NCBI RefSeq assembly: GCF_902459465.1
Contig: NC_047063.1
Coordinates: forward strand, 9,982,001-10,046,000
DNA: 64,000 nt
Origin: Asterias rubens
Lineage: Eukaryota
Reading direction: 5' to 3'
Every line of letters starts with the position of its first letter. Within the stretch, counting starts at the first letter, position 1. The notes under the pieces were generated by a model. The model saw only the letters and a list, made by a program, of their open reading frames with translations, did not search any database and was not told the origin of the DNA. Both the position numbers and the translations under genes were made by a program. Positions 49,201 through 61,570 of the stretch are shown one piece after another.

Positions 49201-52093
49201 ATTGTACTTAAAAACATGCAATCCAGGAACTATATCGATTTGCATATTTCATGTAAACTCAATGCTACATTCTTACCACTGCAGGTTATTCACGTGACAG
49301 CACAGTTACTGCTCCACTCCTACTGCGGCAGGTCATCCGTTTGTATACTCACTGCTTCACTCCAACCAGCGTAGGTCATCTGTGGGACAGCGACTATTAT
49401 CTTCATTGGGCAAGTTTTGAAGTTTTATCCCATATCTACTTGAACTGAATTTTGATTTGTCTCATCAAACAAAACTTTTCTTATACAGTGAGGCCATATC
49501 TCTCTCCATTGTTTTTTACCTGATCCAATCATGGGACACTTATTTTACAGATAAAATTATTAATCCCAGCTCAATTTTTGTAAATTATGAAGTTCTACCA
49601 AAGTTTGTGCCGTTCTTTTAAAAAAAGTGCAAATCTAATGATAGTTCAACTCATATAATTATTTTAAATTTAATAAACTGTTCTCTCTGTCTGGAGGCCT
49701 GTTTTTTAAATTGATATTTTGTTTAAATTGCCATTATAATCAAGGGACGATCATTGGGGCCATTGCTCTCCCCCCCGACTCTAAAAACAAAAAAGGGTGT
49801 TTTTTATTAAGTTAGGAATGTGACATTTTTGTGTGTGTTCATAGATACTAGATTGGGAGGTTAAAAAAGTTAATCATCGGACAACCCTAGGTGTAAAAAG
49901 CTAAATCCATCGTAACTTCTGAACCTAGTGTTTTTCCATCCTTAAATATTTTTTCAAAGCATGTGTACACAATGTACACATTTGTACTGTTTTGTTGACT
50001 GTATTTAAACAAAACTTACCAATCTTGTGACTTTTAATACTGTGGTTGATAATGTCATGTATGTCTTGATTCTGTGTCTGTTGCCATGCTGGTTGTTTCT
50101 TTTACAGAGTTGGCTGCTGCCTGCACAGATGATGAAAGCCTAACAACTTGGAACATGTTTCTCGAACTCACTGCAGGCTATCCATGCTATCAAGAAACTC
50201 AATTCTTCACTCCGACCACTGTAGGTCAGCCATGTGATAGCAACTATTATCTTCAATCTGTAAGTCTTGAAGTGTTCTCTCATATTTACTAAGTTTGAAT
50301 TTTTCTTAGGGTTCTCCTTTAAAATTTATTTTTTGTCTTCAAAATTTTTAATATCAAGGGAGGGGGACCAACGGGGGCAATCCCCCTCCCCCAACTCTAA
50401 AAAATAAATTGTTTTGATTTTGTTATGAATGTAACATTTTTTGTCTGAAAAAGACGCTTTATTGACATTTAAGAACTTACTAATTGGACAAGCCTGGATG
50501 TAATCTAAAAGTTTTCATTATACCAGCTTTACGTGTTCCCTTTGATGCCATTATTATATCGTACTTAAAACTACAATGCAAAAAACTATATCGATTGGCA
50601 TGTTTCATATTTTGCTGATTAGTAAACTTAATGCTACACTTTTACCACTACAGGTTATCAATGTGACTGCACAGTTACTCCATATACGGCAGGTTATCTA
50701 TTTGTAATCCATCTCCGGGATCTACCTCGGGAAGACGGCTATGATGATATGATGATATATCTATTTGTGTTCTCACTGCTTCACTCCAACCACTGTAGGT
50801 CATCTATGTGACAGCAACTATTATCTTCATTGGGTAAGTCTTGAAGTTTTATCCCATATCTATACTCAATTCCAACTATACTTTGTCTCATCAAACAAAA
50901 CTTTGGCCATATCTCTCTCCATTATTTTTACTCGATCCAATCCTTGGACACCTGCTACTAAAATCGTTATACCTTATAGTTTTAAAATATTCCCATGCTG
51001 ATTTTTCGTCATTCATAAAATTTTATCAAAGTCTGTGCCATTCTTTGAAAAAAAATGCAAATCCAATGATAGTTCAACTCAATTGTTTCAATAGAATAAA
51101 TTGTTCTCTCTTTGAACTTTTTTTTAATTGAATGTTTTGCCAATATAATCAAGGGCCGATTGCTGAAGCCATGCCCCTTCCCACACAACTCAAAAAAAAA
51201 AAGTGTACACATTTGTACTGTTTTGTTGACTGTCTTTTAAAAACTTACCGATCTTGTGATTTTTAATGCTGTGATTGATAATGTCATGTATGTCTTGATG
51301 CTGTCTCTGTTGCCATGCTGTTTGTTTCATTGACAGAGTTGGCTGCTGCATGAACAGATAATGAAAGCCTAACAACTTGGAACATGTCTAGAAATTCACT
51401 GCAGGCTATCCATGTGACTGTCAAGGTTGTGCTATCTAGAAACTCAATGCATTCACTCCAACCACTGTAGGTCAACCGTGTGAGAGCCACTATTGTCTTC
51501 AATGGGTAAGTCTTGAAGTTTTATCCCATATCTACTAAGTTTGACCATAGAGAAAGGCTGGGACGTATGTAAGAACTGCAACACCAACTTTTGCAACCTT
51601 CAATGGCCCTGTGTGCACACTGATCGCCACAGCAAAACTTCTCTGGTAATCGGGAAACTGACCAATATTGCTGCAGCGAGACCGAGATGGTAAAACATTT
51701 TCGGCAAAATAATCAACAAATTTTGGCAAGTTTGAAGTTTTATCCCATATCTATACTCAAATTCAACTTTACTTTGTCTCATCATACAAAACTTGTCCCA
51801 TTCACTAATAAGGCCATATCTCTCTCCATCATTTTTACCTGATCCAATCCTTGCACACTTGCAACTGAAGTCGTTATATTTTTCAGTTTTAAGTTGTTCC
51901 CAGGCTGATTTGTTGTCATTCATGAAATGTCAAAGTTTGTGCCATTCTTTGAACAAATTGCAAATCTATTGGTAGTTCAACTCAATTGTTTCAATAGAAT
52001 AAATTGTTCTCTCTGTGAACTTTTTTAAAACTGAATGTTTGTGTTGAAATTGGCAATATAATCAAGGGCTGGTCGCTGGAGCCATGCCCCTCC

Positions 52094-53055
52094 TGTGATA
52101 TTTTTTTCCAGCTCAGTTGCGGCAGAATCAATAGGGGGCGCTGTTGCAGGATTTTGTCATAGACAAATATATGAATTATGCACGTTTAGCTTCTTGTCGC
52201 ACGTTTTCAGTCCACCGTGCATAGCTGCGTGTGTGTGGCTGATAGTGATAGCATAGTACTGGCTGATACGGACAGAGCTGTTGTGTGTCGCGGGTTTGTA
52301 AGTGTATTGTACATGCACATTTCACTCGCACACACACATCGACTATGGAGGAGTTTCTTCTCCATGGTGGAAATACACTCCGTTGGGTTTGTCCTTCCTC
52401 CATAGCTAGCTAGGGTCGTGGATTCACAGCACTCAGTGAGCTATTTATAACATGGGTGGTCGCACTATAGTCAGCATTTTCGATCAAAAAAGTTTGAGCA
52501 TTTACAAGTACCAATTGGTACACTTAGTTATAGACTAAAGCCATGAGAACACCTACGTCCAAACAGTTTATATTTACGGTGAGCTGAACAGTTAAAAATG
52601 AAATAAGTGGCAGTTGTCATTGGTAATTACCATTGCAGAAATAAAGTGGCAGTTGTTATTGGTTATTCCCATTGCAGAAATTAATGGCAGTTGTGATTGG
52701 TACGGTAATTCCCATTGCAGAAATAAGTGGCAGTTGTAACTTGTGATTGGTAATTCCCATTGCAGAAAATCAATGAATGTGTAAGGTCAAGGAAGAAAAT
52801 ATTTTTTGTATTGTGGCACAATGAATCAATACACAGATGATATGCCAAAAAAAACAACAGTACAGACAAACATGTTGTTGGTGTATCACATTATCACCAT
52901 CAGCGCCTTGCCCGTGTGTGTGCGATCATAGTACTGTGTAGGAAGCAACACACAACTGAGCTAATGCATAATTCATATATCTTTTTATGACGAAATCCCG
53001 CAACAGCGCCCCCTATTGATTCTGCCGCAACTGAGCTGGAAAAAAAAATATCGCG
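52094..53055. mobile_element. 962-bp non-autonomous DNA transposon with about 100-bp TIRs and a 7-bp (possibly 8-bp) TSD
   Basis: TIR (T/C)G(T/C)GATATTTTTTTTCCAGCTCAGTTGCGGCAGAATCAATAGGGGGCGCTGTTGC...; CCCCTCC at 52087-52093 and 53056-53062; the uninterrupted paralogous site is at about 51168-51200; internal 38-bp tandem repeats at about 52600-52770. Confidence 0.85.
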
Positions 53056-54286
53056 CCCCTCCCCACACAACTCAAAAAAAAAAAGTGTACACATTTGTAC
53101 TGTTTTGTTGACTGTCTTTTAAAAACTAACCGAACTTATGATTTTTAATGCTGTGATTGATAACGTCATGTATGTCTTGATTTTGTTTCTGTTGCCATGC
53201 TGGTTGTTTCTTTGACGAGAGTTGGCTGCTGCATGCCTGCACATATGATGAAAGCTATCCATGTTACTAAAGGTTGCCATGTGACTAAAGGTTGTCTAGA
53301 AACTCAATGCTACACTCTATCCACTGTAGGTCAACCGTGTGACAGCTACTATTATCTTCAGTGGGTAAGTCTTGAAGTTTTATCCCATGTACTAAGTTCG
53401 ACATTTTCTTGAGGTTCTTATTTATAATTGATTTTTGTTTTTCAAAATTGATAATAAAATCAAGTAAGGGGGACCAATGTGGGCCATCCCCCCTCTCCCA
53501 ACTCAAAAAATAACAACATTTTATCAAGTTATGAATGTAAAAATTTTCGCCTGAAATACACACTTAATTGATCCAATTGTTGGACACTTAAAATCATTAT
53601 ATTTTTCAGTTTTAATTTGTGCCCGCAAGCTGATTTTGGATCAGTCAGGAAATTTACCAAAGTTTGCGCCATTTAAAAAAAAAAAAATTTATCTCTCCTT
53701 GCATCCTTTTTTCAAAAGCACATTCTGTCCAGTCCCTTAAAATTAATAATTCCACTGATTTTCAAACATGAAACTGTTTATTTGCTGATTTTACGCTTAA
53801 ATTCTCTCAAATTTTCTCAAACCAAACATATACAGACCCTTTAACTTTTGGCTTGACTTTGTTTGGATTGGTCACCCATTTGGTTGTGACACAAAAAGCA
53901 CTCAGCTCATGTTGTGATGTTCCTCAAAACTTGATGTTTGGGCCGTCTTTAAATTTACCGAAAATCATTTGTCAATGGTTTTTCAAAATTTTGCACTCTT
54001 GTGATTTTTATGATGGGATTTATATTGTCATGTATGCTTTGATTTTGATTTCATTTAGGCTGCCATTTTTTTTTCTTCATTTAAGCATGTCAACCTGGAA
54101 CAAAAGAACATCACCGAAGGTTCTACAGCATAGATTGCCTTTACATCATTGAAGGTATATACACATTTTTTTAACCTTGTGGTTTTATCATTTTATTAAC
54201 CTTTTTCACACTTCTATAGTTCCCAAGCCACAACTGTGCCATCTCTGAAAAGCAGAATGTTGAGTCCTTTAAAACTTGCTTAGTAA

Positions 54287-54650
54287 AGGAACACTTTGCC
54301 TTGGATCGGTTGAGTTGGTCGTTGAAAAGCGGTTGTAACCGTTTGTTATAAAATACATATGGTTAGAAAGATGTTTTAAAAGTAGAATACAATTATCCAC
54401 ACACATTTGCCTCGAAATTGTGTGGTTTTCCTTATACTTTGTGAACTAACACGGTCGGCCATTTATGGGAGTCAATTATGGCCAACCGTGTTTGTCGACA
54501 AGGTAAAAGGAAAACCGCGCAATTCGGGTGATACTTGTGTAGATAATTATTTTCTACTTTTAAAATATCTCTCTAATCATATGTGTTTTATAACAAACGG
54601 TTACAAATGGTTTTGAAAGACCAACTCAACCGATCCAGGCAACGCGTCCC
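54287..54650. mobile_element. MITE family B, second copy
   Basis: Collinear with 481-860 along its length; TIRs aggaacactttgccttggatcgg...ccgatccaggcaacgcgtccc, followed by TTAA. Confidence 0.85.
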
Positions 54651-57600
54651 TTAAGTTGAATACATTTTCAATTCACGACAAGTTCATGACCCAAAAGTGT
54701 GCGACCTCTTGAATTTATCAATGTGTTGTCCAGCCTTCAAAAAGCTTACCAACCATACAAATTTGTTTACTCTGAAATTTGTATTTGCGCCGGATGTTGT
54801 GGTGCCTTTTTTATGTTTCAGATTGAACTGCATCTACATTTGGACATGTGAGTATGAAAAAACTTTCTTGAAAAATCACGCCACACGCACAACATGGAAC
54901 GGAGCAAATGCGAAGCAATTGTTGCAGTCAAAAAATAATTCATAGCAGTTCAAATCTGCTCAACTCACTTGTGAATGTTGTAGGGAAAAGAGGATTCTGA
55001 CATAAAATTTGGTATTTGCAGGAAGTATCAACCGGGCTTTACATGTGTTGATATTTGATGCTTTACATGTAGTGGGTTGTTTTGGTAGCTCACTATCTTG
55101 TACCTAAGTACACCCTTGCAAGCAAACAAGCATATACGCGTTTTTTTTGTGCGCTAACTTGGTGGTGCCTGCGGAACGAGTGGTGCGTGCGGATCGAAAT
55201 GGTGGTGCCTGCGGAATAAAACTAAAGGGACCTGGACACGTGCACGTGGCATGTGGGGTCCTACTTCCGGCTCGCTCCACTGAGTGGTTGATCTTAAAGG
55301 TGCATTCGGGCTCCTCATCTGCTAGGATGGTGCCGGTGTAATCACAAATGGTTGACCAACGGAAGTAGTCCCTAAGTTCTTTCCAACTAGGGACCGCGCT
55401 AGTACAGTAGGGGACTGTCCCTCCTTTTGGGATGGCGGACCGGACCCGCCTTCGGGCGGTGCAAAGGCCCTGATGATCTGGAAACCGTGTGGGGCAGGTA
55501 TCCTGGGACCTTCACGTGGTAGCCCTGTTTTAGACGAACCTTACCAGGATGAATAGGCCAAATTTGAAACTGAAATATATTGCTTGTATAGGTCTACTTA
55601 ACTATAAGATTGCCCTACAATCTTACTCTGTTCAATCAGATTATTAAAACAAGACTAATGCAAGAATATTTGCAAGCTGTCCATGTGACTGTAAAGGTTG
55701 TGCTATTTAGAAACTCATTTCACTCAAACCACTTTAGGCCATTCATGTGACAGCAACTATTATCTTCAATGGGCAAGTCTTGAAGTTTGATCCCATACAT
55801 CTACACAATGTGAACTTGAATTTGTACCATTAATAAAATTGAAAATCCAATGATCTCTTTACATTCTTCTTTAAAATTGATTTTGTTTTCAAAATTGAAA
55901 GTATAATCAAGGGAGGGGGACCAACGGGGGCAATACCTGCTCCCCCAACTCTTTCTGTTATTATCATGTTATGACCAAGCATTTTTTGTTTGAAATGGAC
56001 GCTTTATTGACAAGTTAACTAACTTTATACTCAGACTACCCTGCATGTAATCCAAAAGTTTATGTTTGTCTCATTAGGGCAACCCAGCTTTATTAAACTT
56101 TTTCTCCTGAGTGACTGATTGCCATATTGGTAAGGTACTTAATATCATGCAGTCTATATCGATTTGCATGTTTCATATTTTGCTGAAAAGTAAACTCAAT
56201 ACTACATTTTTACCACTGCAGGTTATCCATGTGACGGCACAGTCACTGCTACAGTTGCTGCAGGTCATCCGCACAGGCACAGCTTGTCCAAGTATTAAGT
56301 CACAAGGAACTGGAGTGTATAATGTAAGCCTTTCTTTCATTCTAAAGGGCCAGTCACACTGCAGCAATAAAGATAACGCATAGAAAACGCATTTATTCAA
56401 CCAATCATTGGCGTGCATTGTAATGCTTTAATATTCGTTATCGAGGCCTTTAAGCCACCCCTTTACCGTTTCTTTTTAGGACTAACTGTTCTAACATCAG
56501 GTTGGCCACTTTTTTTAACTCTCTTTCAATTTTTAGTTTTTTACCCAAGTCTTTTCTTCCATGTTATCTTAAGTAAACTCTTGCAAGTTTTTGATCAACC
56601 CAAAAGCACACTCTCTCCAGTCCCTTAAAACTTTTCATCTTACTGATTTTCAAACAGCCAAATGTTTGTGAGCTGCTTTTGTGCTTAAATTCTCTTAAAC
56701 TGTCCTAACCAATTGTATACAGACCATTTATCTAAGGCTTGACTTTGTTTGGATTGGTCATCCAGTTGGTTGTGATGTGGAAAGCTCCAAACTCATGTTA
56801 TGTTTACCGAAAATCATTTGTCAATTATTTTTCAAAATGTGTCATATATCCTTTGATTTCGTTTAGGTTGCCATGCTGGCTGTCCCTAGTTAGGGTGGGC
56901 TGCTGTTAGCACAGATGATGAAAGCATGTCAACCTGGAACAAAAGAACATCGCTGAAGGTTCTACAACATAGATTGCTATGACACTATTAAAGGTATATG
57001 CACATTTAATGAACCTTGTGTTTTTATTACACTTTAATTAGACTTGTACAATCCTTAGCCATAACTGTGCCATCTCTGACAAGCAGAATGTCGAGTCCCT
57101 CAAAATTTGTTAAGCTGAATAAAACTTTTGCTGCAAGTTCACTATCCAATAGTATGTGTTTATTTTGGAGAGAAGGGTTTGCCCTGGTGTTTCTGGCATG
57201 TTTTTTTCAAATGATTTTGTATATGGGTCTTGTATTTCAACAAGCTAGCTTGAAATAATAGGATGTTAAATTTTCATCGGGGATAAAGGATAAGTTAGCT
57301 TAACTGTCTTAAACATAATGGCTCTCATTAACCAAATGGATTATGCTTACCTGTAACGCTTGATTTTATTACTTTCCAACTACTTCAGATCAAGGAGGCT
57401 CTTGGAAGAGGGTCAGAACACTCAACAGACCACCTTGCTTCCCAGACGGTAGAGATTGAACAGAGTATTGACAACAGCAGTGATGAACCTGATGTCTGGA
57501 GTCCCAATCAAGACTCGACCTCAAATCATCAACAGAACACAGGTTGGATGCTTCGTACTGCATCGACCTTTTAAAGTACCAAAAGCACTTTCTGTCCACT

Positions 57601-58789
57601 CCCTCAAAACTTTTCATGTTACGGATTTTCAAACATCAAACTGTTCATCAGCTGCTTAAATTTTCTCAAACCATATGTATGCAGACCCTTACACTTTTGG
57701 CTTCAAAACTTTGTTAAGATTGGTCACCAAGTTGGTTGTGACATAGAAAGTTCCAAGCTCATGTGTGTTGTTCCTCAAAAACTAAGATGCTGGACTGTCT
57801 TTAAAATTACCGAAAATAGTTTGTCAATTATTTTGTAAATTGTGGCAATCCTGTGATTTTCATTTTGGGATTTTTTTGTCATGTTTGCTTTGATTTCATC
57901 AAGGTTGCCATGCAATGTATCATTAGGGCATCCCTGCTATAATTATTTTTTTCACCCTGAGTGCCATACTGGTATTGTACTTACAAACTTGCAATCTATA
58001 TCAATTTTGTCTTGCTGTGAGTTTACACAAGTTGTTCCAGGTACCAGTCATCTTGAGAAATAGTCAATATTAAACATTTTGTTCTTAACTAATATTTCTG
58101 GATAGTTTTTTCAACTGTTCCATTTAACCCTTTGAAGTGTTGTTTTTTGCAACTCATTTTTTCGACTTTTTTTATACTTCAGGATTTTCTTTGACTCATT
58201 TTGTTTTCAATTGTTTTTTTATATTACCAATCATCTTGAGAAATATTTAATAATAAACATGCTGAATTCACAAAAACAAAATCGGTATTATTTTGTTAAT
58301 CTCTCTGACCCATTCCAAATGATTTGTTAAGCTGGTGTTGGGTTTACTAATTTGAACTTAAATCGGCCAAGGACACTTGAGATGGAACTTCTTTTGGCTG
58401 AGAACACTTCAGAAGGAACTTAATTTGTAACTTCATTTGAACCTGTGAGTATGAACACATTCTTTACTAACTTCGCCACATCATGGAACAACGACACTTC
58501 AGATTGAACTGCATCTACATTTGGACATGTGAGTATGAAAAAACTTTCTTGAAAAATCACGCCACACGCACAACATGGAACGGAGCATATGCGGCCCCAG
58601 GCCGACGGTCCTGAGTGCAAATCTTTATCAGAGCTATCCTTTAACTATCCTATTTCTCGCCCCAAAAACTCCTGACAAAACCTTCCCAAGAAATCGTCCC
58701 CCGAAAGTATCTACCAAGTAATCTCCTAGTCTAAGTTTTTATTTCAACTCTTTTTTAACTTTTTTTCAGCTCTGCCAAGCTCTGTCACC

Positions 58790-61570
58790 TCTTCCAAGCT
58801 CTTAATCAACTCTTCCAATTTGTTTTCTCAACTCTTCAAAGTTCTTTATAAATTTGTCCAAGTTATTCAACTCTCCCAAGTTCTTAATCAACTCTTTTCC
58901 AATTTTGTTTTTAGCAATATCAAATCTTCCGAATTGTCTTTACCAAAGCTTCGAAGTTGTTTCCCAAGTCTTTTAAGTTGTTTTCACATCTCTTCCAAGT
59001 TTTTAATCAACTCATCCAAGTTCTTCAACAACTCTTTCAAGCTCTTCATCAAGTGTTCCAAATTGTTTTCCAAGTCTTTTAAGTTGTTTTCCCAACTCTT
59101 CCTAGTTGTCTTAAAGACAGTGGACACTATTGGTAATTATCAAAGACTAGCCTTCACAGTTGGTGTATCTCAACATATGCATAAAAAAACAAACCTGTGA
59201 AAATTTGAAATCAATCGGTCATCGAACTTGCGAGAGAATAATGAAAGAAAAAAACACCCTTGTCACACGAAGTTGTGTGCGTTTAGATTGTTGATTTCGA
59301 GACATCAAGTTCTTAAACTGAGGTCTCGAAATCAAATTCGTGGAAAGTTACTTATATCTCGAAAACTACGGCACTTCAGAGGGAGCCGTTTCTCACGATG
59401 TTTTATACCATCAACCTCTCCCCATTACTCGTCACCAAGAAAGGTTTTATGCTAATAATTATTTTAAGTTATTACCAACATGTCTTAAACACTACACTTT
59501 AAAGTTCTTAGTCAACTATTTCAAGTTGTTTTCGCAACTCTTCAAAGTTCTTAATCGACTCCTTTTCAATTTTTTAAAAGCAATATCAACTCTTCCAAAT
59601 TGTCTTTACCAAATCTTAACAAGGTGTTTCCCAAGTCTTTTAAGTTGTTTTCCCTACTCTTAAAAGTTCTTAATCAACTCTTTCAAGTTTTCTTCTCAAC
59701 TCTCCCAAGTTCTTAATCGACTCCTTTTCAATTTTTTTTAAAGCAATATCAACTCTTCCAAATTGTCTTAACCAAATCTTAACAAGGTGTTTCCCAAGTC
59801 TTTTAAGTTGTTTTCTCAACTCTTTCACGTTTTCTTAAACACTACTCTTCAAAGCAATATCAACTCTTCTTTTTCAAATTTCTGTACCAAATCTTGCAAG
59901 TTGTTTTCTCAACTCTTCCAAGTTCTTAATCATCTATTTCAAACTGTTTTCTCAACTCTCCCAAGTCTTTTAAGTTGTTTTCCTAACTCTTCAAAGTTTT
60001 CTTAAACACTACTCTTCAAAGTTCTTAATCAACTCCTTTTCAGTTTTTTTTAGCAATATCAAATCTTCCAAGTCTTTTTCTCAACTCTTCAAAGTTTTCT
60101 TAAACACTACTCTTCAAAGTTCTTAATCAACTCCTTTTCAACTTTTTTAGCAATATCAACTCTTCCAAATTGTCTTTCCCAAGCTTCCAAGTTGTTTTCC
60201 AAGTCTTTTAAGTCTTTTTCTCAACTCTTCAAAGTTTTCTTAAACACTACTCTTCAAAGTTCTTAATCAACTCCTTTTCAACTTTTTTAGCAATATCAAC
60301 TCTTCCAAATTGTCTTTCCCAAGCTTCCAAGTTGTTTTCCAAGTCTTTTAAGTTGTTTTCTCAACTCTTTCACGTTTTCTTAAACACTACTCTTCAAAGC
60401 AATATCAACTCTTCTTTTTCAAATTTCTGTACCAAATCTTGCAAGTTGTTTTCTGAACTCTTCCAAGTTCTTAATCATCTATTTCAAACTGTTTTCTCAA
60501 CTCTCCCAAGTCTTTTAAGTTGTTTGCCCAACTCTTCAAAGTTTTCTTAAACACTACTCTTCAAAGTTCTAAATCAACTCCTTTTCATTTTTTTTTAGCA
60601 ATATCAAATCTTCCAAGTCTTTTTCTCAACTCTTCAAAGTTTTCTTAAACACTACTCTTCAAAGTTCTTAATCAACTCCTTTTCAACTTTTTTAGAAATA
60701 TCAACTCTTCAAAGTTGTTTTCCAAGTCTTTTAAGTTGTTTTCCCTACTCTTAAAAGTTCTTAATCAACTCTTTCAAGTTTTCTTCTCAACTCTCCCAAG
60801 TTCTTAATCGACTCCTTTTCAATTTTTTTTAAAGCAATATCAACTCTTCCAAATTGTCTTAACCAAATCTTAACAAGGTGTTTCCCAAGTCTTTTAAGTT
60901 GTTTTCTCAACTCTTTCACGTTTTCTTAAACACTACTCTTCAAAGCAATATCAACTCTTATTTTTCAAATTTCTGTACCAAATCTTGCAAGTTGTTTTCT
61001 CAACTCTTCCAAGTTCTTAATCATCTATTTCAAACTGTTTTCTCAACTCTCCCAAGTCTTTTAAGTTGTTTTCCTAACTCTTCAAAGTTTTCTTAAACAC
61101 TACTCTTCAAAGTTCTTAATCAACTCCTTTTCAGTTTTTTTTAGCAATATCAAATCTTCCAAGTCTTTTTCTCAACTCTTCAAAGTTTTCTTAAACACTA
61201 CTCTTAAAAGTTCTTAATCAACTCCTTTTCAACTTTTTTAGCAATATCAACTCTTCCAAATTGTCTTTCCCAAGCTTCCAAGTTGTTTTCCAAGTCTTTT
61301 AAGTTGTTTTCTCAACTCTTTCACGTTTTCTTAAACACTACTCTTCAAAGTTCTTAATCAACTCCTTTTCAACTTTTTTAGAAATATCAACTCTTCCAAG
61401 TTGTTTTCCAAGTCTTTTAAGTTGTTTTCCTAACTCTTCAAAGTTTTCTTAAACACTACTCTTCAAAGTTCTTAATCAACTCCTTTTCAATGTTTTTTAG
61501 CAATATCAAATCTTCCAAGTCTTTTTCTCAACTCTTCAAAGTTTTCTTAAACACTACTTTTCAAAGTTCT
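58790..61570. repeat. C/T-rich satellite built from about 21-bp monomers with a 545-546-bp higher-order repeat
   Basis: Monomers such as ttccaagttcttaatcaactc; near-identical ORFs start at 59787, 60332 and 60878. Confidence 0.9.
59115..59484. mobile_element. MITE family A inserted into the 21-bp satellite
   Basis: TTAA at 59111-59114 and 59485-59488 splits a satellite monomer (gttgtcttaa|acactac). Confidence 0.82.

Larger units (their letters stand above)
44620..58640 (+). pseudogene. Decayed tandem array of shuffled exon-like modules (pseudogene cluster or spliced lncRNA)
   Basis: Recurrent blocks with retained splice signals. CTATTATCTTCA(A/T/G)TGG|G(T/C)AAGT-type donors at 48662, 49410, 50260, 50834, 51506, 53365 and 55773; acceptors ttctttgacag|, gcacag|ATGATGAAAG and ttaccactgcag|GTTAT. 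Copies carry stops and frameshifts. Confidence 0.5.
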
